DNA from: Sphingopyxis sp.
Lineage (GTDB): Bacteria > Pseudomonadota > Alphaproteobacteria > Sphingomonadales > Sphingomonadaceae
DNA: 64,000 bases
Reading direction: 5' to 3'
NCBI GenBank assembly: GCA_013911715.1
Contig: JACEST010000001.1
Location: forward strand, 12-64,011
Shown: positions 1-9,803 of the stretch, one piece after another
Numbering within the stretch: the stretch's first letter is position 1
Layout of the letters: the number at the start of each line of letters is the position of its first letter
The notes under the pieces: model-generated
The model's input: the letters and a program-made list of their open reading frames with translations, nothing else
Database searches by the model: none
What the model was told of the DNA's origin: nothing
Translations under genes and position numbers: made by a program

Positions 1-561
1 ATTGGCCGACGCAGTGCCAATTGCCTGCGCGGCGAGTCCCAGCCCGATCTGCCGCCCGCCGGTCATTTCGATATAGAGATGTGCGAGCAGTTCGGCGTCG
101 AGCAAGGCACCATGTTTGATCCGGTGCGAACGGTCGATGCCGTAACGCACGCACAGCGCATCAAGGCTGTGTTTGCCGCCCGGGTGGAGTTTGCGGGCCA
201 TTTGCACGGTACAGATCATCCGATCCATATCGAGCAGAGCCATGCCCACGCGCGCCAGTTCGGCGTTGACGAAACCAAAGTCGAACGCAGCGTTGTGCGC
301 GACCAGCGGCGCATCACCCAGAAAATCAATAAGTTCGCCCACGCGTTGGCCAAAAAGAGGTTTGTCGGCCAGAAAGGTGATCGACAGGCCGTGCACTGCC
401 TCAGCATCGGGCGGCATGTCGCGTTCGGGGTGGAAATAGGCGTGGAAGCTGCGTCCGGTTTCGCGGCGATCAACCAGTTCGATGCAGCCGATTTCAACCA
501 GTCGGTGGCCGCTGCGAGGGTCGAGGCCAGTGGTTTCGGTATCGAAGATGATTTCACGCAT
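1..561 (-). CDS. dnaQ: DNA polymerase III epsilon subunit (3' end runs off window)
   Basis: Manual translation from ATG 561: MREIIFDTETTGLDP (ExoI), VAHNAAFD (ExoII), HGALLDA (ExoIII); not in ORF track because truncated; usual position after coaE. Confidence 0.95.
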   Translation of the reverse strand, partial: MREIIFDTETTGLDPRSGHRLVEIGCIELVDRRETGRSFHAYFHPERDMPPDAEAVHGLSITFLADKPLFGQRVGELIDFLGDAPLVAHNAAFDFGFVNAELARVGMALLDMDRMICTVQMARKLHPGGKHSLDALCVRYGIDRSHRIKHGALLDAELLAHLYIEMTGGRQIGLGLAAQAIGTASAN

Positions 562-583
562 TGAATTTGTAATATTGACCCGT

Positions 584-1204
584 TCAGCGCTGGAAACAAG
601 ACACGATGGACTTTATTTGCGCGCGCATCGCCGCTTTGGGCCGCCCGCTGTTGATCAGAAAGTCGGCGCGCGCGCGTTTGACCCGGTCGGGCGTTTGGAG
701 GCGGCGGATAGCCCTGAATTTCGTCTCGGTCATCCCGCTGCGCGCCAGCACGCGGCGGCGTTGCACCCACAAGGGCGCACTGACGACCGCAATCGCCCCG
801 ACTTTGCGCCAGCCGCCCTTTTCGAACAATAAGGGAATATCGAGCACCACCAGCGGGCGCGAACGGTGACGGCGCAGGAAGCGCTGCTGCGCGCGCGCCA
901 CCAGTGGATGGATGATGACTTCCAGCGCCGCGAGCTCGGCACGGTTGGCAAGGACCCGGGCACCAAGCGCGGCACGGTTGACGCCCTGTGCATTCGTTGT
1001 GCCGGGGAAACGCATCTCGATCGCCGCCACGGCAGCACCGCCGCGCGCCTGCAGCCGGTGTACTTCGGCGTCGGCGTCGAACACCGGCACGCCTGCGGCC
1101 TCGAACATCGCCGCTGCGGTTGATTTGCCCATGCCGATCGAGCCGGTCAGCCCGAGCAGAAACGGACGGCGCAGCCGCGAGGCGGGGCGCGGATGGTGGG
1201 TCAT
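584..1204 (-). CDS. coaE: Dephospho-CoA kinase
   Basis: GLTGSIGMGKST P-loop, DADAEVH, DIPLLFE motifs. Confidence 0.95.
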   Translation of the reverse strand: MTHHPRPASRLRRPFLLGLTGSIGMGKSTAAAMFEAAGVPVFDADAEVHRLQARGGAAVAAIEMRFPGTTNAQGVNRAALGARVLANRAELAALEVIIHPLVARAQQRFLRRHRSRPLVVLDIPLLFEKGGWRKVGAIAVVSAPLWVQRRRVLARSGMTETKFRAIRRLQTPDRVKRARADFLINSGRPKAAMRAQIKSIVSCFQR

Positions 1205-2019
1205 GGCGCGAGCAAAATTTCGCGCAGCCGGTCATCGGGATCGTCGGGCGGGGCTGCACCAAAGAAAAGTTCGAATGCCACGGCGGCTTGGCCGATCAGC
1301 ATATCAAGGCCGTCGATAGTCGCCAGCCCCCGCGCGCGCGCCGCCGCGAGCAAGGGCGTTTCGAGCGGCGCATAGACCAAGTCATAGACGAGCGCGTCGC
1401 CCGGCAAATTGCCGAGGTCGAGGTCGAGCGGCGGCTGTCCGGCCATGCCGAGGCTGCTGGCGTTGACGAGCAAAGCGGCAGGCGGCAGCGGCGCATCGAG
1501 GGTCCGCGCCTGGCCCTTCAGTCCGAAATGGGCGAGCAGCGCGCTTGCCTTCAGCGCATTGCGCGCCAGCACGGAAACTGAGCCTACGCCGATTTGGGCA
1601 AGCGCGAACAATACCGCGCGCGCCGCACCGCCGCTGCCCACCACGACCACCGGCGCATCGGCGAGTGGCACATCGGCGAGCGGCGCATAAAAGCCCGCGG
1701 CATCGGTGTTGGTGCAGGCGAGATCATCGCCTTGCCAGAAGATCGTGTTGGCCGCGCCGATGCTCTGCTCCACCCCGCCGGGGTCGGCGACATGTTCAAT
1801 TACCGCTTGTTTGTGCGGCAAAGTGACATTGCAACCGCGCCAGAGCGGGTCATCGCGGCGTGCAGCGATATAAGCGGCGAGTCCGTCGGGGCGGACATGG
1901 CAAGCGCGATATTCGGCGTTTATGCCAAGTTCGGCGAGCCAGAAATTGTGGATGAGCGGCGATTTGCTGTGCGCAATCGGATCGCCGATCACCTCGGCAA
2001 AGGGTCGCGAAACTGTCAT
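1201..2019 (-). CDS. aroE: Shikimate dehydrogenase
   Basis: GDPIAHSKSP, NVTLPHK, NTD, DLVY motifs; ATG 2019 overlaps maf stop (ATGA). Confidence 0.95.
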   Translation of the reverse strand: MTVSRPFAEVIGDPIAHSKSPLIHNFWLAELGINAEYRACHVRPDGLAAYIAARRDDPLWRGCNVTLPHKQAVIEHVADPGGVEQSIGAANTIFWQGDDLACTNTDAAGFYAPLADVPLADAPVVVVGSGGAARAVLFALAQIGVGSVSVLARNALKASALLAHFGLKGQARTLDAPLPPAALLVNASSLGMAGQPPLDLDLGNLPGDALVYDLVYAPLETPLLAAARARGLATIDGLDMLIGQAAVAFELFFGAAPPDDPDDRLREILLAP

Positions 2020-2615
2020 TGCGTAATTTCTCCGCGCTCGCGCAGCCAGCCCAGCAGCGGCAGCATGGGCAGGCCGATGATGGTCCAGCGGTCGCCCTCG
2101 GTGCGCGAAAAGAGTTGCACACCCGCGCCTTCGACTTCGTAGCAGCCGACGGTCCAGCAAATGCGGTCCCAGTGCTGCGCGACATAGGCCGCGATAAAAT
2201 CGGCGCTGAGCGGCCGCACCCACAGCCTCGCCTCGGACACATGCCGCCACAGCACGGCCCCGTTTTCAGCAACGACCACCGCGCTGAGCAAGCGGTGGCG
2301 CTGGCCCGAGAGCTGGGCCAGCTGCGCTTCAGCCTCGGCCGGGGTCGCCGGTTTGGCGAGCAAGCTGCCGTCATCGAGCACGAGCAGCTGGTCCGATCCG
2401 ATCACCAGCTGCCCCGGCCGCCGCGCCGATATTTTGATCGCCTTGGCCTCGGCCAGCGCATCGGCGATATTGCGCGGCGATTGCCCTTCGCCCGCTAGCG
2501 CGGCCATCAGCGCGGCCTCGTCAAGCAGCGCCGGTTCGGCGACAAAATCGACCCCGGCGTCACGCAGCATTTGCGCGCGACCTTTGCTTTGCGACGCCAG
2601 CAATATTCGCGTCAT
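2016..2615 (-). CDS. maf: Maf family nucleoside triphosphate pyrophosphatase
   Basis: ILLASQSKGR, KAIKIS, VIGSDQ, IIGLP motifs. Confidence 0.93.
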   Translation of the reverse strand: MTRILLASQSKGRAQMLRDAGVDFVAEPALLDEAALMAALAGEGQSPRNIADALAEAKAIKISARRPGQLVIGSDQLLVLDDGSLLAKPATPAEAEAQLAQLSGQRHRLLSAVVVAENGAVLWRHVSEARLWVRPLSADFIAAYVAQHWDRICWTVGCYEVEGAGVQLFSRTEGDRWTIIGLPMLPLLGWLRERGEITQ

Positions 2616-3427
2616 GCGTGTACTGCCCGCCGGTCTTCGGCCAGTTTGATGATTGCAGCAGCGGTTTCCTCGATCGAGCGGCGCGTCACGTCGATCACCG
2701 GCCAGCCATTGTCGGCAAACATGCGCCGCGCATAGGCAAGCTCGGCCTTGACCGCAGCTTCCTCGACATAGGCGGTTTCGGGTGCTTGGTTAAGCGACAG
2801 CAGCCGGTTGCGCCGTACCTGCACCAGCCGGTCAACCCCCGTGGTCAAGCCGACGATAAGCGGATGTTCGAGGCGAAACAAGGCGTCGGGCGGCGGCGAT
2901 TCGGGGACAATCGGAATATTGGCGGTCTTGAAACCGCGGTTGGCAAGATAGATGCTGGTCGGCGTCTTCGACGTACGCGACACGCCGGCAAGGACGATGT
3001 CGGCTTCCTCCCAATCCTCCCACGCAATACCGTCATCGTGCGCGACGGTGAACTGGATCGCTTCGACCCGTGCGAAATAGGCGGCGTCGAGTTGGTGTTG
3101 CCGCCCCGGCCGCGCTTTGGCCTTTTGCCCCAGCATCCGCGATAAGGCATCGGTGACGGCGTCGAGCACCGCCACCGCCTGAAGATTGAGGGCGGCGGTA
3201 CGCCGTTCAAGGCTGGCGCGCAGCTCGAGATTGACGAGCGTGAAGAGGATTAGGCCGGGGCTCGCTTCCACTTCGGCCATGATGCGGTCGAGATGCGCCT
3301 CCGATCGCACCATCGGCCAGAAATGGCGCACCACTTCGACATCGTCAAACTGGGCAATCGCCGCTTTAGCCAGATTTTCCAGCGTTTCCCCAGTGGAATC
3401 GGATATAAGATGGACGTGCAATCGCAT
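2612..3427 (-). CDS. ppsR: PPDK/PEP synthase regulatory protein (kinase/pyrophosphorylase, DUF299)
   Basis: HLISDSTGET, HDDG, GVSRTSKTPTSIYLA; start taken at ATG 3427, the upstream extension lies in oriC. Confidence 0.93.
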   Translation of the reverse strand: MRLHVHLISDSTGETLENLAKAAIAQFDDVEVVRHFWPMVRSEAHLDRIMAEVEASPGLILFTLVNLELRASLERRTAALNLQAVAVLDAVTDALSRMLGQKAKARPGRQHQLDAAYFARVEAIQFTVAHDDGIAWEDWEEADIVLAGVSRTSKTPTSIYLANRGFKTANIPIVPESPPPDALFRLEHPLIVGLTTGVDRLVQVRRNRLLSLNQAPETAYVEEAAVKAELAYARRMFADNGWPVIDVTRRSIEETAAAIIKLAEDRRAVHA

Positions 3428-3761
3428 AATCGCCACCTCTTTGCCCGTGCATGCACGGCTGGCAAGCGCGATTGCAGCAGGGGATAGCGTGGCGGACAGA
3501 GCTGTGGATAGGTCGGGCAGCAGAAAAAGACCCACCGCCGCGCCGATTTCATCAAGCACCTTGTCCACAGCCCGCACAGATCATCCCCAATTTGTGGATA
3601 AATTTGCGGTGCGCGCGCGACTCGTTCAACAGGCCCAAGGCCCGGCGAGTCAAGCTGTTGGCAAAGGTGGGGAAGCTGTTTAAATCCCCGCTGGCACGGC
3701 CACCAACAATCCACCACAAGGATATAAATATCATGATGTTTGGAAGAGGAGGGCGGGCGGC
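3428..3761. other. oriC: Chromosomal replication origin oriC
   Basis: Divergent ppsR/hemE intergenic region (conserved alphaproteobacterial ori site); DnaA boxes TGTGGATAA 3593-3601 (perfect), TGTGGATAG 3503-3511, TTGTCCACA 3561-3569, TCATCCCCA 3581-3589; GANTC at 3619 and 3647; AT-rich patch near 3720-3740; flanking genes point away. Confidence 0.88.
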
Positions 3762-4784
3762 GTGACGGACAAAAATTTGCTGGCGGTGCTCAAAGGTGAA
3801 CGCCGGGATCCGCCGCCAGTGTGGTTGATGCGTCAGGCCGGGCGCTATCTGCCCGAATATCGCGAACTGCGTGCGCAAAAGGGCGGCTTTCTTGAACTTT
3901 GCTATGATCCTGAGGCTGCGGCCGAGGTGACGTTGCAACCGATCCGCCGCTTTGCTTTCGACGGTGCGATCCTCTTCTCGGATATCCTCGTCATTCCGCA
4001 TGCGCTGGGGCAGGATTTGTGGTTCGAGGCGGGCGAAGGTCCGCGGCTCGCCCCGCCGCTGGTCGATGCGCTGCTAGCCGATCTAACTGCAATGCCGGAG
4101 CGATTGTCGCCAGTGATCGAAACCGTCCGCCGCGTCGCTGCCGCTTTGCCGCCCACCACGACCTTTCTGGGCTTTGCCGGCAGTCCCTGGACCGTCGCCA
4201 CCTATATGGTGGCGGGCCAGGGGTCGAAAGATCAGGGCGCTGCGCGGACGCTGGCTTATGCTGATCCCATTGCCTTTGGCGCTATTGTCGACGCCATCGT
4301 CGATGCTACGGTCGATTATCTGTCGGCGCAGATCAGCGCGGGCGTCGATGCAGTGCAATTGTTCGAAAGCTGGGCGGGGACGCTGAGCCCGGCCCAGTTT
4401 GAATGCTGGGTCATTGCGCCCAATGCCGAAATTATCCGCCGTCTGCGCGCGCGCCATCCCGAAACCCCGATCATCGGTTTTCCCAAGGGGGCGGGCGGCA
4501 AGCTGATCGCCTATGCGCGCGAGACCGGCGTCGATGCGCTGGGGATAGATGAAACCGTCGATCCGGTCTGGGCCGACAGCGTGTTGCCCAAAGGGCTGCC
4601 AGTGCAGGGCAATCTGGATCCGCTGGCGTTGCTGGCGGGCGGTGCCACGCTCCATTTAGCGGTCGATGCCATCCTTAGCGCCTTTGCCGGTCGCCCGCAC
4701 ATCTTCAATCTTGGTCATGGCATCACGCCCGAAGTGCCCGTCGCGCATGTCGAGGCGTTGCTGGCACGGTTGCGCGGTGGGTAG
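3762..4784 (+). CDS. hemE: Uroporphyrinogen decarboxylase
   Basis: PVWLMRQAGRYLPEY, ILFSDIL, FNLGHG motifs. Confidence 0.97.
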   Translation: MTDKNLLAVLKGERRDPPPVWLMRQAGRYLPEYRELRAQKGGFLELCYDPEAAAEVTLQPIRRFAFDGAILFSDILVIPHALGQDLWFEAGEGPRLAPPLVDALLADLTAMPERLSPVIETVRRVAAALPPTTTFLGFAGSPWTVATYMVAGQGSKDQGAARTLAYADPIAFGAIVDAIVDATVDYLSAQISAGVDAVQLFESWAGTLSPAQFECWVIAPNAEIIRRLRARHPETPIIGFPKGAGGKLIAYARETGVDALGIDETVDPVWADSVLPKGLPVQGNLDPLALLAGGATLHLAVDAILSAFAGRPHIFNLGHGITPEVPVAHVEALLARLRGG

Positions 4785-4787
4785 GTT

Positions 4788-5240
4788 ATGGACGCTTTTC
4801 TTGGAATATTGGGGCCAGCAATGCTGTGGGTGAAGGCGGCGCATGTGATTTTCGTCATCTTCTGGATGGCCGGCCTGTTCATGCAGCCGCGCTTCTTTGT
4901 CTATCATCACCAATGTGCCGTAGGGTCGGATGAAGACGCCAAATGGATTGAGCGCGAAGACCGGTTGCGGCGGATCATTCTGAATCCGGCGATGATTGTC
5001 GTGTGGGCGCTCGGCCTGCTGCTCGCCTTCAACGGTGGTTATTGGAACCAGGGCTGGTTTCACGCCAAGTTGCTGTTTGTCGTGGGGCTCAGCGCCTACC
5101 ACGGCTGGCTCGGCGGCTATTTCAAGAAATTGCGCGCCGGGCAGCGGCCGCTTAGCGAGAAAGCGCTGCGACTGCTCAACGAAGTGCCAGGGGTAGCGGC
5201 GGCGGTGATTGTCATATTGGCGGTGGTGCGGCCTTTCTGA
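4788..5240 (+). CDS. hemJ: Protoporphyrinogen IX oxidase HemJ (CopD-like)
   Basis: WVKAAHVIFVIFWMAGLF..PRFFVYH, NEVP motifs; follows hemE. Confidence 0.9.
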   Translation: MDAFLGILGPAMLWVKAAHVIFVIFWMAGLFMQPRFFVYHHQCAVGSDEDAKWIEREDRLRRIILNPAMIVVWALGLLLAFNGGYWNQGWFHAKLLFVVGLSAYHGWLGGYFKKLRAGQRPLSEKALRLLNEVPGVAAAVIVILAVVRPF

Positions 5241-5251
5241 ACCCAGTTTGA

Positions 5252-5280
5252 TTGACTTCGGCGCGCGCTGGGCCTACATC
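5252..5280 (+). promoter_or_regulatory. Putative sigma70 promoter of rho
   Basis: TTGACT-N17-TACATC about 145 nt upstream of rho ATG. Confidence 0.55.
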
Positions 5281-5425
5281 CGGCGCAAGCAATCGGCTTG
5301 GCGTGCGGTCCTCGCGCGGCCGGGACAGATTTCGGCGCATCGCCGCCCCAGCGTGTCCCAACTTCCACCAGCGCCGCAGCGGCGGCACTTTCGTCTGACC
5401 TTTTCCCCATCTGGAAAACCACCCA

Positions 5426-6682
5426 ATGCATCTTAAAGAACTTAAGAAAAAGGCCCCCGCGCAGCTGGTTGAAATGGCCGAAGAGCTGGGCGTCGAGGGC
5501 GCCTCGACGCTGCGCAAACAGGATCTGATGTTCTCGATCCTGAAAGAGCTCGCCGAAGAGGGTGAGGAAATCATCGGTTCCGGCACGATTGAAGTCCTGC
5601 CCGACAGCTTTGGTTTCCTCCGCAGTTCAGAGGCCAATTATCTTGCCGGCCCGGACGATATTTATGTCTCGCCCAACCAGGTGCGCAAATATGGTCTGCG
5701 CACCGGCGACACGGTTGAGGGCGAGATTCGTGCGCCGCGCGATGGCGAACGCTATTTCGCGTTGACCAAGCTCGTCAGCGTCAATTTTGACGACCCCGAA
5801 GCCGTCCGCCACCGCGTCAATTTCGACAATCTGACGCCGCTCTATCCCAACGAAAAGCTCCGGCTCGATTCGCTCGATCCGACCGAAAAGGACAAATCGG
5901 CGCGCGTCATCGATCTGGTCAGCCCGCAGGGCAAGGGCCAGCGCGCGCTGATCGTCGCGCCGCCGCGCACGGGCAAGACCGTGCTGCTGCAGAATATTGC
6001 GAAAGCGATCACCGACAATCATCCCGAGGTGTATCTGATCGTCCTGCTGGTCGACGAGCGGCCCGAGGAAGTCACCGACATGCAGCGCAGCGTGAAGGGC
6101 GAGGTTGTGTCTTCTACCTTCGACGAGCCTGCGACGCGCCACGTCCAGGTCGCCGAAATGGTCATTGAAAAGGCCAAGCGCCTCGTCGAGCACAAGAAGG
6201 ATGTCGTCATCCTGCTCGATTCGATCACGCGCCTTGGCCGCGCTTATAACACCGTCGTCCCGTCGTCGGGCAAGGTGCTGACCGGCGGTGTTGACGCCAA
6301 TGCGCTGCAGCGGCCAAAGCGATTCTTCGGCGCGGCGCGGAACATCGAAGAGGGCGGCTCGCTGTCGATCATTGCCACCGCGCTGATCGACACCGGCAGC
6401 CGCATGGACGAAGTGATTTTCGAAGAGTTCAAGGGCACCGGCAACAGCGAAATCGTGCTCGACCGCAAGGTTTCGGACAAACGCATCTTCCCGAGCCTCG
6501 ATGTCGGCAAATCGGGAACGCGCAAGGAAGAGCTGTTGCTCGACAAGGACAAATTGTCGAAAATGTGGGTGCTGCGCCGCATCCTGATGCAGATGGGCAC
6601 CGTCGATGCGATGGAATTCCTGCTCGACAAGATCAAGGGATCGAAGACCAACGACGATTTCTTTGATTCGATGAACCAATAA
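5426..6682 (+). CDS. rho: Transcription termination factor Rho
   Basis: [41 protein letters not shown]. Confidence 0.99.
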   Translation: MHLKELKKKAPAQLVEMAEELGVEGASTLRKQDLMFSILKELAEEGEEIIGSGTIEVLPDSFGFLRSSEANYLAGPDDIYVSPNQVRKYGLRTGDTVEGEIRAPRDGERYFALTKLVSVNFDDPEAVRHRVNFDNLTPLYPNEKLRLDSLDPTEKDKSARVIDLVSPQGKGQRALIVAPPRTGKTVLLQNIAKAITDNHPEVYLIVLLVDERPEEVTDMQRSVKGEVVSSTFDEPATRHVQVAEMVIEKAKRLVEHKKDVVILLDSITRLGRAYNTVVPSSGKVLTGGVDANALQRPKRFFGAARNIEEGGSLSIIATALIDTGSRMDEVIFEEFKGTGNSEIVLDRKVSDKRIFPSLDVGKSGTRKEELLLDKDKLSKMWVLRRILMQMGTVDAMEFLLDKIKGSKTNDDFFDSMNQ

Positions 6683-6700
6683 GAGTTCGGGGACTTATTC

Positions 6701-7426
6701 ATGTTTGAATTGCTGATGGCCGCCACCGGAGCGGCGCAGGGTTTTGGCGGGCCTGCCGAAATGTGGGCGGCGATCGTCAAGGATTTCTCGAATATCACCC
6801 AGCCGTCGGCGTTCGCCGCCTTTTTGCAGGTGCTGGCGATTGATCTGGTGCTGGCGGGCGACAATGCGATTGTCGTTGGCGCGCTCGCCGCAGGACTCCC
6901 CGCCGAGCAGCGCAAGAAAGTGATCCTGATCGGGATTATCGCCGCGCTGGTGCTGCGCATCGCCTTTGCGTTGGTGGTGACGCAGCTTCTCCAGATTGTC
7001 GGTCTGATTTTCATCGGCGGCTTGCTGCTGGTGTGGGTGGCGTGGAAAATGTGGCGCGATTTGCGCGATCATGGGGGCCAGTCGGCGGGCTCGCCCGAAA
7101 TTGCCGGGGACGAACATAGCGGCCTGCGTCCGGCCAAGAGCTTTGCGGGCGCCGCCTGGGCCGTTGCGGTCGCCGACGTGTCGATGAGCCTCGACAATGT
7201 TCTCGCCGTCGCGGGCGCAGCGCGCGAGCATCCGGGCATCCTCATTGTCGGGCTGATATTCGCGGTTGCGCTGATGGGCGTGGCGGCCAATGTTATCGCC
7301 AAATATATCGAGCGATATAAATGGATTGCCTATGTCGGCCTGTTGGTGATCGTCTATGTCGCGGGCAAGATGATCTACGACGGCTGGGTCGACCCGCGCG
7401 TCGGGATGGGGACATTGTTCGGGTAA
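6701..7426 (+). CDS. TerC/YjbE family membrane protein
   Basis: IDLVLAGDNAIVV and ADVSMSLDNVLAVAG motifs. Confidence 0.9.
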   Translation: MFELLMAATGAAQGFGGPAEMWAAIVKDFSNITQPSAFAAFLQVLAIDLVLAGDNAIVVGALAAGLPAEQRKKVILIGIIAALVLRIAFALVVTQLLQIVGLIFIGGLLLVWVAWKMWRDLRDHGGQSAGSPEIAGDEHSGLRPAKSFAGAAWAVAVADVSMSLDNVLAVAGAAREHPGILIVGLIFAVALMGVAANVIAKYIERYKWIAYVGLLVIVYVAGKMIYDGWVDPRVGMGTLFG

Positions 7427-7550
7427 AGCGGGTTGATTGAAAGTGAGTCCGATTGGCAACAGTTGGACTCAAATAGGACTCGCTTCATCGCCTAAAGCTT
7501 TCGGTTGGTCGATGGTTCTGACATCCTGGTGATATGGGGATTTCGGAGCT

Positions 7551-7802
7551 TTGCCCGTGCGTAGTTTGAACGCAGAAGTTGATCGAAACTACGACTTCTT
7601 TCAGCGCAACTTGGCGTCCTACCTTGTCGATCATGAAGCGGAATTTGCGCTGCTTCGCGACGCGGAGCTTGTAGCCTTTTTCCCAACGGTAGGCGAAGCC
7701 TATCGAGCGGGCCTTGGGCAATTTCCGGATGAAATTTTCTCCATCCAACAGGTCATCGACGAGCCTGTCGAATTAGGATTCATGTCACTTGCCTTCGTTT
7801 AG
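7551..7802 (+). CDS. Small acidic hypothetical protein (DUF5678-like), partner of downstream protease
   Basis: 83 aa ORF; GGAG at 7545 fits alternative GTG start 7557; overlaps next gene; lower GC than neighbours. Confidence 0.65.
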   Translation: MPVRSLNAEVDRNYDFFQRNLASYLVDHEAEFALLRDAELVAFFPTVGEAYRAGLGQFPDEIFSIQQVIDEPVELGFMSLAFV

Positions 7803-8202
7803 CGGTAGGCATGACGGGCGCCGAATAACCCTTCCCGTCGCCGTCTTGCGATCAGACAAGCCAAGTGACCTTACATTTGAGATTTTCTCTGCCTTAGTTG
7901 ACACTGGGGCAACCGTTAGCGGCCTTGGCCCGGCGGTGGTAAAGCGATTGCACTTACGGTCGCATACTAAGCGACCGCTTGGCTCCGCGACTGAAGAGAG
8001 GCAGCTGCCATTCTTTGTTTTTCGGCTTGGGCTTTTCGCGGATGACGGAGCGAACAGCTTGCCATATGTCTTTGACGAATTGAACGGCTTCGGTTGGCCG
8101 CAACAGAAGGACTTTGACGTAATTCTGGGAATGGACGTATTGAAGCGCTGTTCATTGAGCATGAAACCAGATGCGAGCTGGATGATTAATTTTGGACGCT
8201 GA
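7789..8202 (+). CDS. Retropepsin-like (clan AA) aspartyl protease
   Basis: ALVDTGAT catalytic motif and ILGMD psi-loop in a single 137 aa domain. Confidence 0.85.
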   Translation: MPSFSGRHDGRRITLPVAVLRSDKPSDLTFEIFSALVDTGATVSGLGPAVVKRLHLRSHTKRPLGSATEERQLPFFVFRLGLFADDGANSLPYVFDELNGFGWPQQKDFDVILGMDVLKRCSLSMKPDASWMINFGR

Positions 8203-8608
8203 AGTCAATGGCGCACTCCACCTGACCCGTGTTGCCTTTGGTGCTGCCGATACATCGGTGCTAGCTGCCAATATCGCGGCGCGGGCGGTGGCGGGCGAAG
8301 TGCGCTTCACCACGCGCAACCGCCCGCGCCGTGCCGATGAGCTGATCGGTGGCCAGCTCCATTTCATTATCCGCCATACACTGGTTGCGCGCGCCGAAAT
8401 CCTGCGGTTCGATGACGCTGCCGAAGGGCGCACCGACATTGTCTGCAGTGACCAGCTCGAGCTGGTGCAGCCGACACCGCGCCGCGCGCATCAGGGGTGG
8501 CGCTATCTGGCGGCGGAGGATGCGCCGTTGCCGCTCGATGCGGCGTCGGGCGTTGGCGCGTTGCCACCGCATCTGGCGCGCGAACTCAGCAATCTGGCGC
8601 TGATTTAG
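8192..8608 (+). CDS. DUF1489 family protein
   Basis: LHLTRVAFG, TRNRPRR, PRRAHQGWRYL..DAP motifs. Confidence 0.85.
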   Translation: MDAEVNGALHLTRVAFGAADTSVLAANIAARAVAGEVRFTTRNRPRRADELIGGQLHFIIRHTLVARAEILRFDDAAEGRTDIVCSDQLELVQPTPRRAHQGWRYLAAEDAPLPLDAASGVGALPPHLARELSNLALI

Positions 8609-9012
8609 CCGCCCTGCGCCGCCGCCAGCTGCGCCGCCATCATCTCCCACAGCTTGTTCATTGCCTTCATCGGGCGCACCATTACCTTGAAATCGGTAAT
8701 CTTACCGCCCGCATCCCAGCGGATGATGTCGACGCCATTGACATGGATGCCGTCGACAGTGCGGGTAAACTCCAGCACCGCTTGATCGCCGTCGACAATT
8801 TGCCGGACATAGGTGAAATCGCCGCCGCCGAGGACATGCGCGGCGGCGTGGAGATAGGCGAACACCCTGTCGGCGCCGACCTGCGGCGTGTGCACGACCG
8901 GCGAGTGGAACACCGCGTCGGGCGCGAGCATCGCGCGCAGCGCTGCCGGATCCTCGCCGCCCGCCATATAGGCGTGCCAGGCGGCGAGTCCCGCTGTTGC
9001 CGCGCCGCTCAC
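8605..9012 (-). CDS. SnoaL/NTF2-like protein
   Basis: DAVFHSPVVHTPQ, NGVDII, FKVMVRP. Confidence 0.85.
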   Translation of the reverse strand: MSGAATAGLAAWHAYMAGGEDPAALRAMLAPDAVFHSPVVHTPQVGADRVFAYLHAAAHVLGGGDFTYVRQIVDGDQAVLEFTRTVDGIHVNGVDIIRWDAGGKITDFKVMVRPMKAMNKLWEMMAAQLAAAQGG

Positions 9013-9698
9013 CGCAAATGCTCGGCAAAAAATGCCTCGGTGCGATTGTCGGCGAGGCGCGCACCCGCTTCGTTGCGGCGGTTGCCGGTTTCGGCGGCGA
9101 AACCATGGTCGAGCCCGGCGTAATCATGGAGCGTGACGCGCAGATGCGGGTCGAGCGCGGCGTGGATTGCGGCCTGTGCGGCTGGCCCGACAAAATGGTC
9201 GGCGGTGGGGATGTGGAGCATTAACGGGTTAGCGATAGCGTGGGCTTCGCCCAGCATTGCGTCGATCATCACGCCATAATAGCCGACCGACGCGTCAATA
9301 TCGGTGCGCGCCGCCGCCATATAGGCGAGGCGACCGCCAAGGCAGAAGCCGACGAGGCCGACTTTGGACGCGCCCTGGCCACGCGCCCAGCGGATCGTGG
9401 CTTCGATATCCTTGACGCCGTCATCGGCATTATACTGACCGAAATAGCCAAGCGCCTCCTGAAACTCTGCTTCAACGTCGGGGTTGAGCTCAACCCCGGG
9501 GGCGAAGCGCCAGAAAATGCCGGGCGCGATGGCGAGATAGCCTTTCGCGGCCCATTGGTCGCATTTGCTGCGGATGCCCGCGTTGATGCCGAATATTTCG
9601 GGGACGACGATGATTGCGCGCCCGGTCGGCGCAGCGGGGTGGGCGACGTAGGCGGGGATTTGGCCTTCGCCGTGGAGGGCTTCTATCATCTCAAACAT
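9009..9698 (-). CDS. Dienelactone hydrolase family protein
   Basis: EIFG, GFCLGG nucleophile elbow, HGF. Confidence 0.92.
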   Translation of the reverse strand: MFEMIEALHGEGQIPAYVAHPAAPTGRAIIVVPEIFGINAGIRSKCDQWAAKGYLAIAPGIFWRFAPGVELNPDVEAEFQEALGYFGQYNADDGVKDIEATIRWARGQGASKVGLVGFCLGGRLAYMAAARTDIDASVGYYGVMIDAMLGEAHAIANPLMLHIPTADHFVGPAAQAAIHAALDPHLRVTLHDYAGLDHGFAAETGNRRNEAGARLADNRTEAFFAEHLR

Positions 9699-9803
9699 CG
9701 CGCATATCATCCTGCGTGCTTGCCAAAGCGGCTTGGCCGCGCGAAGCTAGCAGGAGCAAGCCGCGCCGCTCAAGGGGGAAGGCGCAGCGACCGGAGAAGT
9801 CAC

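Noticed and set aside
79-564. 161 aa plus-strand ORF
   Set aside because: Antisense shadow of dnaQ, which runs off the window on the minus strand
3428-3577. N-terminal extension of ppsR in the ORF track
   Set aside because: Falls in DnaA-box region; conserved protein starts at MRLHVHLISDS
5627-6679. 350 aa minus-strand ORF
   Set aside because: Antisense to rho; typical high-GC shadow ORF with no motifs
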